DNA of 64,000 nucleotides from Octopus sinensis (taxonomy: Eukaryota): assembly GCF_006345805.1 (NCBI RefSeq), contig NC_042997.1, forward strand, positions 57,784,001-57,848,000, written 5' to 3'. The notes below the pieces were generated by a model, which saw only the letters and a list, made by a program, of their open reading frames with translations, searched no databases and was not told where the DNA came from. Positions 35,909-48,910 of this stretch are shown one piece after another. A program made the translations under genes and the position numbers. The stretch's first letter is position 1. Each line of letters starts with the position of its first letter.

Positions 35909-38879
35909 GTAAGAATATCTTAGTTATCCTTTCTTTTCACCATACATTTAATAATTTTCATTATAAGCATTGTTGCTTAACTTAAGACTAGTTCTTTAGA
36001 TATGCTTCTACAAGTTCCTAGCAAGATTTTTCCCCCTCCCCCAAGCCTTTTTTACTGTAGGTTGGTCTCATGGCACAAGTTGAAAATTTTTTTTTTCATG
36101 TTACAAGAAGGCATTGTGAATGACATAACTTAACCTACACAACTGTATTGATATGATACAAATGAAAAATATATTCTTAATGACCACACTGTTATATTTG
36201 AATGTTAAAAATGAGGAGGTTGCAATCTAGTATTGAAAAAATTGAGGTTAACTATAGTCATGAATGTTCATTAATAATGAACATTGAATAAATTACTTTA
36301 TACAATTTTATATTTATTTATAAATTATTTTCCCCTGTAACCTAATATTCTCTTCATAGATAAGCATTTTTTAGTACTTCAATTTTATTAAACTTTCTAC
36401 ATCATCTTTAGTAATAAATAGAATGAGTGCTAATTAAGCTGTAAAATAAAATTGTTAGCTTCAGAAAACTATTTTTTCATTTAAATTCTTTTAGGAATAT
36501 ATATTACAAACAGCAAATAAAAGAAATAAAAAATAAATATACATAAAAAACAGCAAGCAATCAAAATCATAATGCTAAAGAAATTTACGTGAAAAGCTTT
36601 ATTTAATGATCTTTGTAATCAGTGCTGTCTTTCCTGCATTCATTACAATTAATGCCTTAATGATGTGCATACTCTTTTACTAGTTTCATCTCAAGGGCTG
36701 TGGCCGAAGTTGGACAAATTTTATTTGTAACTGTATCTGATAGTAAAATTTTAGTGTTTTATTGGTGCTAAATACTCATAATAATAGGACATAACTTTCA
36801 GAATATCTGCATTGATTATTCCAAAATTTTGAAGGCTGATAACCACAATAGAGCTCAGGTGCTTTTTTTTTTTTTGTGCTTATTTACAAAGTGAACCAAT
36901 GTTGTAGTGCCAAATCTAGTTTTGACTCATCGTAAGATCATGAATGCTTAGCAAGAGTTGTCTGTTCACTTTACAATTAACCTGATGTGAATTATTGCAC
37001 AATTAATATTGAAAATTACTCCCTCTTTAGACTCTTAACATTGTGGACCAACTTGGTAGAATACTATAATTTTGACCTGCAGATTTTATTGAAAAGGTCA
37101 AGTTTAGTGTGTTTAAAGCATTTCTTCTTGTATGTAGGACAAAACATAGAAAAGTGCAATGGTCCACAACTGGTGCAGTTTTAATATGCTTAGAGATTTA
37201 AATAGAAACTTGTGTCTGATACTTTTGTATTAGAACTTCATTGTATTACTCTGACTATGCTATTGCAACAAATCTAACCTGGTTTGAAGTGGACAAAATT
37301 CTTAGAACAATTGTGAATTGTCATTTTTTTGTCTGGGCATGATTGATTTCATTTATAAAATATATTTATTAATGGAATCGATCATTCTCTAACAAAAAAA
37401 TAATAGTCACCACTGTCTTAGAATTTTTCTACCTTAGTTATATTTGTTGTGATGTAGTCAATCAAGGTGATCAGATTTAGACACTTCTAGTAAGGTTTCT
37501 TTTCAAGTAAGTTTCTAAGCAAAGCCTTACTTCAAATTTTATAAGCTTTGCTTTTGGATCATCTTTATAGAGGATTTAGAAGAAGCATGTGTATTGAATC
37601 ATAGCAGAAAACTGTTAACTGATTCTCTTTGTTTTTAATTTGGATCAAAAATTTTGACCTCCTTGAGATAAATCTTTCTTTAGGTTTAGTTAATTTTTTC
37701 AGTGTAGCACTTTAAATGTTCCACTGAATAATCTTGAATTGTAGAATAATTTGGTGATTGCATTGGTGCCACATAATGCAAAGAATTTTGACATAAGCAC
37801 ATTTGAGGTAAACTGTATTTACATCATCATTATCATTAAACTCGATTTTTGTGTTAGCTGATTATTAGAGCTGTCAGTTTTTGTTGGTTCAAAGCTTCTT
37901 CCTTTTATAACTGATATAACTGACAATTGTGGTTTCTTTACATTATCCTTGAGGCACATTGAATTGGTAGTCAACCTATTTGGTACCAACCTGCTTGAGA
38001 TTGTCCTTGGTTTTATGATACAAACTTCCTTTTTAAAGTGATGTAAATAAAAATCTTACATCAACATTTCAAATTAATTTATGTTCCAAACAATAGCTGA
38101 ATAAGGACATAGTTATTTTATTAAATTTTTCATTGTTTACAAAATTGAAACAAAGACAGCATATTTCAACAGGAATATGGTAGCAAAGAGGTTAAACATG
38201 TACAAGTATACATATCATGCAATATCACTCAACATTAGCATATTGACTGAATAGTTTTATGTATTAAATAACACTATAATGAGGTAATGTTATGTTGGGT
38301 ATCTCTAATTTAAGATATTCTGATAATTTACAGGTACTTGGATGAAAAAGTAAAGTCCTTATCTATTGTATTTCATTTTGTCTTTTGAGTTTAAAGTTTA
38401 TCAGACTTAACTTGCCTCCTTTTCCTTGGGGTCAATCAAAATAACTATCAGTATTATACATTAGCTTATGCATTTGAATTATACTCTTTCCTTTTTTGAC
38501 AACTGATCATGTAAAAGTTAAGATTTTATTATAGAAATATTATACTGCTTTTAAATTTGGCTGAAGCAAATTATACTTACATCTCATTAAAACGTCATTT
38601 TATTGCATGGTGGAGAAGTTTGCTTTCCAATTGTGTGGTTTTTGGATCAGTCCCACTGCAGGGTATCTTGGCCAAATGTAATAATTAGTGAATTTGGTAA
38701 ACAGAAACTAAAAAGAAGTTTGTCATGTGTATCTATACATGCGTGCATGTGTTTGTTGCCTTGTCTTCGCATCACACAATAGTTATACATGAACATAACT
38801 ATCCCTTGTTTTCAGTCCTGCCAAGGTGAAATATCTTGCTTGGAAACAGGTGAATGTTGGTGATAGGGAGGGAATGTGG

Positions 38880-39362
38880 CTTTAAAAAATCTGCCCTCAA
38901 CAAATTTTCTCTGATTCATGTGAATATGGTAAAGTGGATGTTAAACAAATGATGTTTACATCTTTTAAAAATGAACAGATCAGTTCACTCAAATATGCAT
39001 TCATCATTGTTTTTACGCCTTTACAATGAACCACTACTCTGTTGGACATAAATTTCAACACTGCTAAAAGTACCAACTGAATGTGGCCGATGCCAGTACT
39101 CACAGACTGGCTCTTATGCCAGTGGCATGTAAAAAGCACTATCCGAACATGATCAATGCCAGCCCTCCTGACTGGCTCCTGTGCCAGTGGCATGTAAAAA
39201 GCATCCACTACACTCTCGGAGTGCTTGGCGTTAGGAAGGGCATCCAGCTGTAGAAACATTGCCAGGTCAGATTGGAGTCTGGTGCAGCCGCTGGCTCTCC
39301 AGACCTTAGTCAAACCGTCCAACCCATGCCAGCATGGAAAACAGACGTTAAACGATGATGAT
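38880..39362 (+). mobile_element. RTE-related 3' UTR/SINE copy in NKRF intron 3, inverted relative to the intron 2 copy
   Basis: Ends gcatggaaaacagacgttaaacgatgatgatgat; reverse complement of the 34889-35200 segment. Confidence 0.85.
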
Positions 39363-39589
39363 GATTGTGTAACATATGTAGGCATTATTGATGTGTGTTT
39401 ATTACTACTCATGAATTTTCTTGGTTTGTTTATTATTTGTTACCCTCTCATCAAAAAGATTCTAATATCAGTATGGAAATAGATTTATCAGTGTCAGTCC
39501 TTCATTTAATTTCAGCATTTACGACTAAGACCATGCTAAAGCACTGTCTTGAAAATGGAAAATTTTGAATATTTTTATATTATTTTCAG

Positions 39590-40159
39590 ATTGTGAGGAG
39601 AGATGACTCAACTCGCTGGATTCCCTATGAACAGATTGTTGAACAAGGAAAAGTGTTGGAAAACGAATGTTCTGGAAATATTGACCTTCTTGGAGGGTTG
39701 CCTATTTTTGAAAATCTGCCTGAAAACAAAGATGGGAAAAATGAGAAAAATGCTGATAGTGATGGTTTGAACAAATTTGCTGTCAAATACATGGAACAGT
39801 TAATGAATGAGTATGTGGAAAAGGAGACTCTGGATGATCTCATTTTTGGTCCTGGCATCACTTCTCTTGAAAGGAAAGTAGTCACAAATATTGCTTTCAA
39901 CTTACATCTGAAAATGGATGTCAGGCAACATGAAGGCAAGAATTACCTGTGCATCTCCAAAAAACTTTCTCCAGAAGAAATAAGTTATTTCCTCAAAGTG
40001 CACAACACTGGGCATGGCAAATATGTTTTGGTGCCCAAAGTGGAATTACCTGGTTCAATGGAGACATCTTTCAGCGACAATTCCTCCACAACCAAAACCT
40101 CAGAAATATCTAATTTGCAAGGAAAGAAAGATTTTACTATGGATGTCAGTGTGAATTAG
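39590..40159 (+). CDS. NKRF: NKRF-like protein, last coding exon (degenerate R3H domain and NKRF-type C-terminal tail)
   Basis: Acceptor tattttcag|ATT, phase 0, stop TAG at 40157-40159. DDLIFGPGITSLERKVVTNIAFNLHLK...YLCISKK..PEEI..FLK....GHGKYVLVP aligns with the NKRF C-terminus DLTFSRELTNDERKQIHQIAQKYGLK...YLVVGRK..KEDLLDQLK....VGHYELVMP. Confidence 0.88.
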   Translation: MVRRDDSTRWIPYEQIVEQGKVLENECSGNIDLLGGLPIFENLPENKDGKNEKNADSDGLNKFAVKYMEQLMNEYVEKETLDDLIFGPGITSLERKVVTNIAFNLHLKMDVRQHEGKNYLCISKKLSPEEISYFLKVHNTGHGKYVLVPKVELPGSMETSFSDNSSTTKTSEISNLQGKKDFTMDVSVN

Positions 40160-40621
40160 TGTGTTTTAGTTTTCTGACTCTTTCCACCAATCTCCTACTC
40201 TAATCTAAGTATATAACTATCTGCCATTAAGTCATCATTTTTAATCCACCACTTTGCTAATCATATTTCCACTTCAAAAACTAAAAAAAATGGTTTTAAC
40301 AAATTTTATATAAAAATGTATATCATATACTTATCTAACTTTCTTTGTATAGTATCAATAAGGCTTTGCAATTAGTTTTAAACTCAAATCACTAACTATT
40401 CCATTATTCCCCCCACTCCCTCTTCCTACTTTTTGAAGAACAATCTAAAATTGTTTTCTATTTAATGAGAAAAAGATGTGATGCTCATTTTTTATTTTTT
40501 GCAACCCTATTGTCTGAAAGTTTATTTGAATATTTTGCAACCTTGTGGCTGTCATAGAACTGCTCTGGGATATTGGGATATTTTAAAATGTTTTTCAACC
40601 ATAGTATTTGTGCAAGCAACC

Positions 40622-40685
<64 letters not shown>

Positions 40686-41907
40686 TATGAATGACTTCAC
40701 TATACAGATGATGGATTTAGTATCATCTGCTAATTTGATGGACTTCTTAATGACATGCAGACTAAGTGAGGTTTGCTAATGTTGCTTTTCTGATTGGTCA
40801 CATTTTTGCCTCACAGATCACAAATATTTGGTTGATAAGGGTTGCCAATTTCATGCTTCTTTTTATATTAGACAAATTATTACATGCTATTTTTTATCTG
40901 ATAGCTCATTTTAATTTTCTGCTTTCCTCTCTCTCTGTTTTACCAAAATTTATTTTCTAAAATATGAAAGACAATGTATTGATTGTATTTCCATTCCAAA
41001 CTCTAAAATATTTTATCCATCAATTTAACATTATCTCGGTTTTGAGCTGGCAATATATTTTCTAAGTTTCTTTGTTGCTTTTACCTGTTTTGATAAGTGG
41101 TTTGGGTTTACTGCTTCTTCATTTAACTTCAGGTATGCATTTTTGGCACATTTGAAATATGTACCCTTATCCTCATTTATTTTGATATAATGATCATATC
41201 TCTGTTCTGTAAGATAAAACAGTGTATCAGTGATATAATTGAATTCACTCAATAATTCCAACTAAAATAAGTCGTATAACTGGTCTAGTATACTATCATT
41301 GATGAAGGACTTTACCCTATGATACTGCCTAGTATTGCCATTGACAGTTAATAGTATCCTTAAGAAACAAAGCAGACATCAGAAAAAGAAGCTGGGCAAT
41401 TTTTGTTATTAATTCCACTTTGAGAAATTATTAACAGAATCTAGTTTTATTTTATAATTATAGAATTATAAAGCCTGTTTGATAAAATTGATTGGGATAA
41501 ATTGCTTAAATGTTTGTTCTGAAAATGTACATTTAAAGCAGTTTCTTCTAAATTTTTTTTTACTGAAGGCTAAATATTTCGGAAAGCTGACATCTGGATA
41601 CAATTTCTGTTACAAAACTACTTTTCTAGGATGTACAATTAGAGGAATTTTTGCTTATAAAATGTCTCTTGACACTGACATTGAATGTGAGCTACTTGTT
41701 GTAGAGTTGGCTTCAATTGTTGGTATTTAGAGATTTCTATTATACTGTTGACTAGTTAGTTTGTTCCTAATGTATCTAGTAGTCTTTTTATCTTTAGAAT
41801 TTTGGAGATGATTTACTATAGCAAGTTGATCACAGATGTCAGATGACACCCTTTGTGCTACCATCTTAAATCTTTTCGGAGTGTTTTCTACCCATAAAAA
41901 AATATAA

Positions 41908-43110
41908 AATAAAGAAAACACAGTAGTGCAAGGGGCATGCATTTATTCAGATATTATCTATTTTGTTTTTCTATCTGTAAACTGATTAAAATATCTTTGT
42001 TGAATTTTGAGTGAACTTCTTTTTCCTTTAAGGTACAGTGTTAAAAATTGTTCCCTTTTTATAATAGGCATTGATTTTGGCTGTATGATTAAAAAAATTT
42101 TTTTATTGTTGGGAAGTAAGTTTGGACTTACGAAGCATAAATTGGCTACTCCACTAAATAATGGAAATCGTAGTTTTTAATATACTTCTCCCATTCCTTA
42201 TCATTTGCTCTAATTGAATTTTTTTACACTCACATCAAAAATAATCTCAAAACATTTGTAATCTATTCTATTTCTAGTCCAGTTGTTCAACATTTTGTTA
42301 ATTTTGTTTTCTCTTTAATATCTCCCTCTTCCTACACCCACTTTTTAAATAATTCCTATAATGATTGGGTGTGGTTGAGGGCTTCCTCTAGTGTAACCAG
42401 GTTATGGTTGCTATTAGTAATATTTTGTATAAAGTTTTAAGACAACAGAAAATTTGTGCTGCTTAAAACATTGAAAGCTTCTTATTGTCTTGACTTTTTT
42501 CATACCATTGTCATTATTAATTGGAAGGAAACTTATCCTTGTGAAATGATTAAATAATTTTTATTTGTTTGTAGAATATGCCAAATTAATGTAGTATTCT
42601 ACTTGATGACATTGTGATTATATGATAATTTTTTCTTTGGTAATGCTTACTACTTTGCTTGCAGATGTTTACTACTGATTTCAAATTTGTATGTTGATTA
42701 TGAATCACTGTAATATCTATAGCAGAGATTTGGCCTGAAGAAACCAGCTTAGTTTTTGTTTAATTGAGGCAATGAAATGTTCCTTTTAGTTCTCGTTAAT
42801 GATTTTAGTTATGCATTATGGTTAATTGTATAGTCACTGGTGTCTTATATATATATTAGAAAACTGAAATTAGAAACATTTGTGTTTTGGTTAAAAAAGA
42901 AAAGAAAAAAAAACAAAAAAAATGCAAAACAAAATTCTCCAGGTAAACATTTGAAAATGTTAGAAGCATTTTGCCAATATTTTGCAAACTGGCAAATTCA
43001 ATTCTTTGATGGGTTCTTTTTTTTAATAAAGATATTTGAAAGTATCAGTAGTGCCTTGATTTCATGATTTCTAATATCAAGTCAAAAATATTTATTCAAT
43101 ATGGAATAAA
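41908..43110 (+). terminator. Candidate polyadenylation signals for a long T-rich 3' UTR (AATAAA at 41908, 43025, 43105)
   Basis: AATAAA hexamers downstream of the stop codon in a U-rich, repeat-poor stretch. Which one is used cannot be determined from sequence. Confidence 0.3.
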
Positions 43111-44889
43111 TAATCAAGTTTTCTGTTTATGTAAATTCTTTGTGATATTCTTGACGTGTTTTTTTTTTTTTTTTATTCAGAAGGAAGAGTAGTACCAATG
43201 TTTTTTGTTTCTATCTTTTCCTGGTCTTTGAGACTGGTGATGTGGAATGAAAAAAACATGCAGGTTATTCTTAGCTTGAATGTTTGCACTAGAGTGGACT
43301 CTGATAAAGGCCAATTGGCATGTTTTTAACCCACTCATGCAATATCACTCCAAGCTTACTTTGCCATGTAGTGGGATTGAACATGGTACTGTCTGATTAT
43401 AGCCCATACTTCTTAACCACATGTAGGAAATAGTCAAACTGTGAAATGTGTATACTTTGTGAGAAAGTCTGTCTATTGTAGTGTTTTGTCATGTGTGTGA
43501 GGAAAGTGATTACAACTGCTTAGGCATTGAAGGTTGGTGATTTCAGTTTGGAATTTAGGGTGTGCCAAATTTATAGGGGATTTGATGTTTATTGAACTGT
43601 TTGTTACAGGGAAAATGTAAGGGGTTTGGGAAACTTCCAGCTCAAGGAATGAGTTATTTAGAGAGAGTATGTAGTGGTAAGCTTTAGTCTGCTTGGAGAA
43701 GTAGTGGGATAGTGTTGTACAGCGACCCACAACAAATAGTGGGTTGTATGCTATTTAATATCAAAAAATGCTGGAAGTAAACAAAAATCAGAACTGATAA
43801 TTTTAAGTATACAATGCTGGATCTAAGTTGTTGCCTTTATCAGGGGAAATAATTCCTGTAAAACATGATAGTACTCGTAGATTTTCTCAATGTCTATTTG
43901 TTTCTGCATGTTGGGTGAACATCTTAGTTTTCTAAAGTTGATGTTTTACATTCTAATCTTTAAAAATTAGGCTTGAAATCCATATAGTGTCCTCTGTAGG
44001 CTTCCAATAATTTGAAGGAACAAAAGCCAAGTAGTTTAGCGATTGTTCTTTAGGTTCAAGTCATTAATGAAGGCTTTCTTAGTATAACCATTCCTTGTTT
44101 CACTGGACTATATCAAATGTGACTTTTTTTCTAGTAGGTACAGCAGGTTCCTCCTCCAAGTACAATGTTTTGATATTTATAAAACCTAAATGAATGAGCT
44201 AATAAGAAAACTGCTATCCAGTTGCTTGACCTGCTAGAAATAACAATGGAATCACTCTCAAATCATACCTTACTCAAAAGACATATTGGATAATAATGTT
44301 CTAGATACACTGAATTTGAATGAAATATAGGAAAGTTATAGCTGATTGTATATTTGTAACTTAAATAGGCAATTGTGAAGCATCAATGTAGATTTAGAGA
44401 GGTATGTTGGCATGTTTTGAAATAATTTCCATATATAAATCCATATTTCTTAGACTGTATTCAATATAAAGTTTTAAAAGATATATTCTCCATGTCTTAA
44501 TTCTATATTTGGAATAAGACCTCTCCAGATGAAGCTTGAACTAAGAAATTTAATTTCTGGAGCTTGGTGTTTCAAACATCTTACTCTCATTTTCCTCATT
44601 CAGATTCTTTTAAATGTAATGCTTATTTATTTACATTATTTTGAATTAATCCTGCATTATCTCATAGGTTCAAGACTTGATGTGTTTGTTAATTTTATTT
44701 TAGAAAACCATTGTAGGGTATGTGTGAGAGGCTGGATCTGGCCAGTTTGAACATAAAAACAGGTGGAATATTTGGGGTGGCTATGACTGGTCTACTAAAG
44801 GGTTAATCTTTATTAAATTTAGGGGTACAGTTTTGGGATAAGCATCTCCCTTGCAACTCTCTTAACTTTTTTCCACATTTCTGCTTTAA

Positions 44890-45100
44890 CCCTTTAGTGT
44901 TCGCATTATTCTGCCAAAGTTAATCCTTTTTTATCCACATTGTCTTGAACTAATCATGCATTATCTTGTAGCTCTGAGATTTCGATGAGGTAGCTGTTAA
45001 TTTTTAAAACGATATTGTAGGGTTGGTGTGAGAGACCAGATCTGGCCAATTTGAACAAAAAACAGGCAGAATACTTTTGGCCGGTTTGAATGCTAAAGGG
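44890..45100. mobile_element. piggyBac-type MITE with TTAA target duplication (decayed relatives at ~25655-25790, ~28700-28915, ~44570-44802)
   Basis: TTAA|CCCTTTAG ... CTAAAGGG|TTAA at 44886-44889 and 45101-45104; internal sequence shared with the other copies. Confidence 0.8.
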
Positions 45101-45521
45101 TTAAATATCAATTTAGAATTGTGGAGAAGGAAACTTCAATATTTCAGATTTTCTTAACTTTTTCCTCATACTACGAGTATTTTCATTTTTGTATGTATAT
45201 TTTAATCTCTGACATTTATTTTTATCATCCCCACTTTTATAATTTTGCTATTTTTAAAAACTAGAACTTGAATAGTTTTACGCTTTTGAACCTCAGAGAT
45301 TCAGAACCTGAATAAATGGGTAAATGAAAATTTTCTTTTAATCAAAAGCCGACTAAAATTTCAATGTTCACAGCTTCAGTTCTTTGTTTGCTTTTTATGA
45401 GTATATTTTTTGTGAATATGTAATTATACTTACTTTAAAAAATAAAAAGAAACCAAAACATTTTAATTTTTCAGGAATAGGAACAGCTAAATACTTTTAA
45501 ATGCAAACATAATATATTTAT

Positions 45522-46149
45522 AGTAAAGATTGTTTGCTAACATAACATGGCAGTCTTGGTTTAGGATGAATGTTGCTGTAATTTAGTCCCAGAAGACATC
45601 TCCAGCTAGCTTTACAGTATGATTTGTGTCCTTATATTTTTGAACAAGGGAATCTAGCACCCCCAACTCAGCTCAAAACAATATCTGTGTATTGCAATTT
45701 CCGGGTTATTTCCCTTCAGCAGCACAGAATAATTGTTTGGCTAGAGGTTGTGTTGCCAAATTCCTGTTCGAAATAGTTTTCAAAATGACAACTAGTCACT
45801 GATCTATAAATTAGAAAATTGCTATTTTTAAATCTCACAACGTGAGATATTCAGCAACAGTACTTGGGAGTAAAGATTGTTTGCCAACATAACATGGCAG
45901 TCTTGGTTTAGGATGAATGTTGCTGTAATTTAGCCCCAGGCGACATCATCTCCAGCTGGCTATGCAACATGATCTGTGTCCTCATATTTTCGCCACTTCT
46001 AGCTGAACAATTATCTTTCTAATATACTCTGGAATTTTACATGAAATCCTTTAAAGCGAAGTAAAGATTGTTTGCCAACATAACACAGCAGTCCTAGTTT
46101 AGGACTAATGTTGCTGTAATTTTGCCCCAGGAGACATCGTCTCCAGCTG
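45522..46149 (+). repeat. Three closely spaced copies of the same ~90-120 bp repeat end
   Basis: agtaaagattgtttgc(c/t)aacataac...gttgctgtaatt...ctccagct at 45522, 45869 and 46060. Confidence 0.85.
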
Positions 46150-46285
46150 AGATTTATCAATCAAAAGGAGTACAACTATAATTGCTTATTCTAAGTGATT
46201 CAAAATGTTTCCTAATATTTGATGAGGTTAGCCAAGTTTAGATTTTAACAGGATGCTCATGAGGATTTAAAATCCCTATTCCTTT

Positions 46286-46645
46286 TAGAGTGTGTGTGTA
46301 TATATATATCATCGTTTAACATCTACTTTCCATGCTGGCATGGGTTGGATGGTTTGACTGAGGACTGGTAAGCCAGGAGGCTGCACCAGGCTCCAGTCTG
46401 ATCTAACAAGGTTTCTACAGCTTGATGCCCTTTGAGAGTGTAATGGGTACTTTTTACATGCATCCGGCATGGGGGCCAGTCAGGTGGCACTGGCATTGGC
46501 CATGTTTGTATGGTGCTTTTTATGTGCCACTGGCACGGGAGGCGGTACTGGCATCGACCATGCTTGAATTGTGCTTTTTATGTGCCACTGGTATGGGAGG
46601 CAGCACTGGCATCAACAACATTCATATGGTGCTTTTTATGTGCCA
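46286..46645 (-). mobile_element. RTE-related 3' UTR/SINE copy abutting a Penelope pseudo-LTR fragment
   Basis: atcatcgtttaacatctactttccatgctggcatggg... with four ttttatgtgccac-type subrepeats. Confidence 0.8.
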
Positions 46646-46678
46646 CCAGCACGGAACCCAGGTTCAAGATTTCCTCAA

Positions 46679-46722
46679 GACACCTGATGAAGGCTGGAGG
46701 GTATATAAGCCGAAACATGTTA
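46679..46722 (+). ncRNA. Degenerate minimal hammerhead motif of the same Penelope pseudo-LTR family
   Basis: gacac CTGATGA a ggct...agcc GAAA c, but the cleavage-triplet region is shortened (gaaacatgtt versus gaaatgttgtgat at 57872). Confidence 0.5.
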
Positions 46723-47849
46723 ACAAGATCAGTGCAAATATCTGTCAAATGTAAATAATTTTAAAAAATTATAACTAATTTCTGATATATACTGAGGTAA
46801 CGGAATTGTTAGCATGCTGGATAAAATGACACTAAGCATTTTATCCATCTTCACATTGAGTTTGATATCATCAACAAGCATCTTTTCCCAAAATTTCAAT
46901 CCTTGCCTCTGTAGTAAAAAGGATTATTTTATACATTTGTAGATTCTGAGTTGCTCTTCAAAACAAATCCAACAACCATTACATGATAAAAATTAGTGGG
47001 GGCTAACAAAATCCAAGCTAAAATGAATGTCTTGCTCTCTACATGTTAGAGCAATGATTCTCAACTGGGATTCCATGCAAGCAAAATAGTAAATTGGAGA
47101 TCCAAAGTAGTATTTTAAGAGTACATGAAAAAATTTTACTTTAGTTTCATTTATTGCAAGAAACAACTTAGTTTCTTTAATGTTTTACATAGTTCAAACT
47201 ACACAAGTGAATGTTTGAAAAGCAAAATAGAAATTTTGAAAGAAGTTTTGATTAAACCAGTTTTTAAACATTGAATGGCTATGTAAGTCTACCAGAGCAA
47301 AATAGTAATCAAAGTGGGTTCGTAGGTAAAAGATGGTTGAAAACCACTGTTGGAGTATATGACAAGCATTATAACTTTATTTTTGGCTTTCTTTCAAATT
47401 AATTTTTCTGAATTATATTCTATGAGTATGCTTTTTTTTTTTAATATCAGATTCAGAATCTGTTAGTTTCTCCAGAATTTTTTTTTTCCAAAATGTTTTT
47501 CAAACAAAATAGCTCAATCAAATAGGTAGGAAATGTTATCATTAAATGCTAACTTTTCCATGCTTGCATGGGTGAGGCAGATTTTCTATGGCTGGATGCC
47601 CTTCTTGTCACCAACCTTCATCCATTTTTAAACAAAGTAATATTTGCCCATGGCCAGACATTTTACACAGAAGACTGGAAAAAATATTACTTTTATGAGG
47701 GTAGGCAGAAAAATGTATAGGTTGACTATGAAGGAGTGATGCTAGAGCTGTGAAATCTTGCATGCATTAATTTCAGCTTTTCTTATTAATAACTGTATTG
47801 TTTCTTTCCCGGTAAACATCTGAGAGTTCAAAGAATTCAAAGGTAATTA

Positions 47850-48910
47850 GTAGCAACATCTCTTGAAAATCCACAAAATTTGGCATCATGTTGTTAACAA
47901 GCACCTACAGAAAAAGGGTTTACCTACCAAGGACATTCATGCTGACATGGTTGCTATATTAGGGGATGATGCTCAGCATTATCAACAGGGTGAGTCTTGA
48001 AGATGACACAAGGTCTAGATATCCTACAACTGCACTACTGAGGAAATCATTGATCGTATTTACCAAATAGTGATGGATGACAGACGATTGGCTATAAATC
48101 AAATAGCCAATGCAATTAGCATATTTCTTGAGAGAGTTGAGAATATTCTGCACAATAAACTTGGCAAGACGAAGGTTCTGTTCACTGAGTGCCATGTCTT
48201 CTGACACCTGGTCAAAAGTGCAGCAGCCTGATTACATTATGAGAAAATCTAACATTGTTTTAGGCAGATCCAGCTGGTTTCCTTGAATGTTTCCTAACCC
48301 AGGATCAGTGTTGCATCACTTTGAGCTAGAGACAATACATGCCGTGGAAATACCCCTCCTCACCTGCTGCAAAGAAGGTCAAAGTTGTTTCATCTGCTAG
48401 GAAAGCGATGGCCTCAGTTTTTGGGATGCAAAAGGCATTGTGTTTATGTACTATTTTCAAAAGGGCCATACTATCAATGAAGAGTACAATGCCAACTTGC
48501 TGAGGTAGTTACAAAACGCTATCAAGACCAAACACTGAAGAAAACTGACAAAAGAGGTTTTGTTTCATCAAGACAATGCTCCAGCACAGCTGTAGCGTGT
48601 GACTGGCATTGAACTGGTTGATCACCATCCCTATTCTCCTGATTGGCCCCTTTTGACTATCATGTTTCCCAAAATGAAAATGCACTTGGCTGGGAATCAG
48701 TATCGTGATGATGATGACGTCATATCTGTCTTTGATGACATCTTTGACCAACAGGATGAAAGCTTCTTCACGTACGAGATCCAAGCATTGCAACACCGAT
48801 GGAAGAAGTGTGTGGATCGCTAGGGGGTTATGTTGGAAAATAAATCTCATTTGGTTACATTTCATGAGAGTATCTTGGTCAGCCTATGAACTTTTCAGCC
48901 GACCCTTGTG
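47850..48910 (+). mobile_element. Mariner (DD34D) transposase pseudogene with right TIR
   Basis: KGLPTKDIHADMVAILGDDA, VFWDAKGIV, FHQDNAPA, LVDHHPYSPD, WKKCVD; right TIR-like gaacttttcagccgaccct at ~48888-48907. Confidence 0.9.

Noticed and set aside
46366-46390. CTGAGGA-ctgg-taag-ccag motif in the RTE tail
   Set aside because: Followed by GAGG rather than GAAA, with no helix III or cleavage site.
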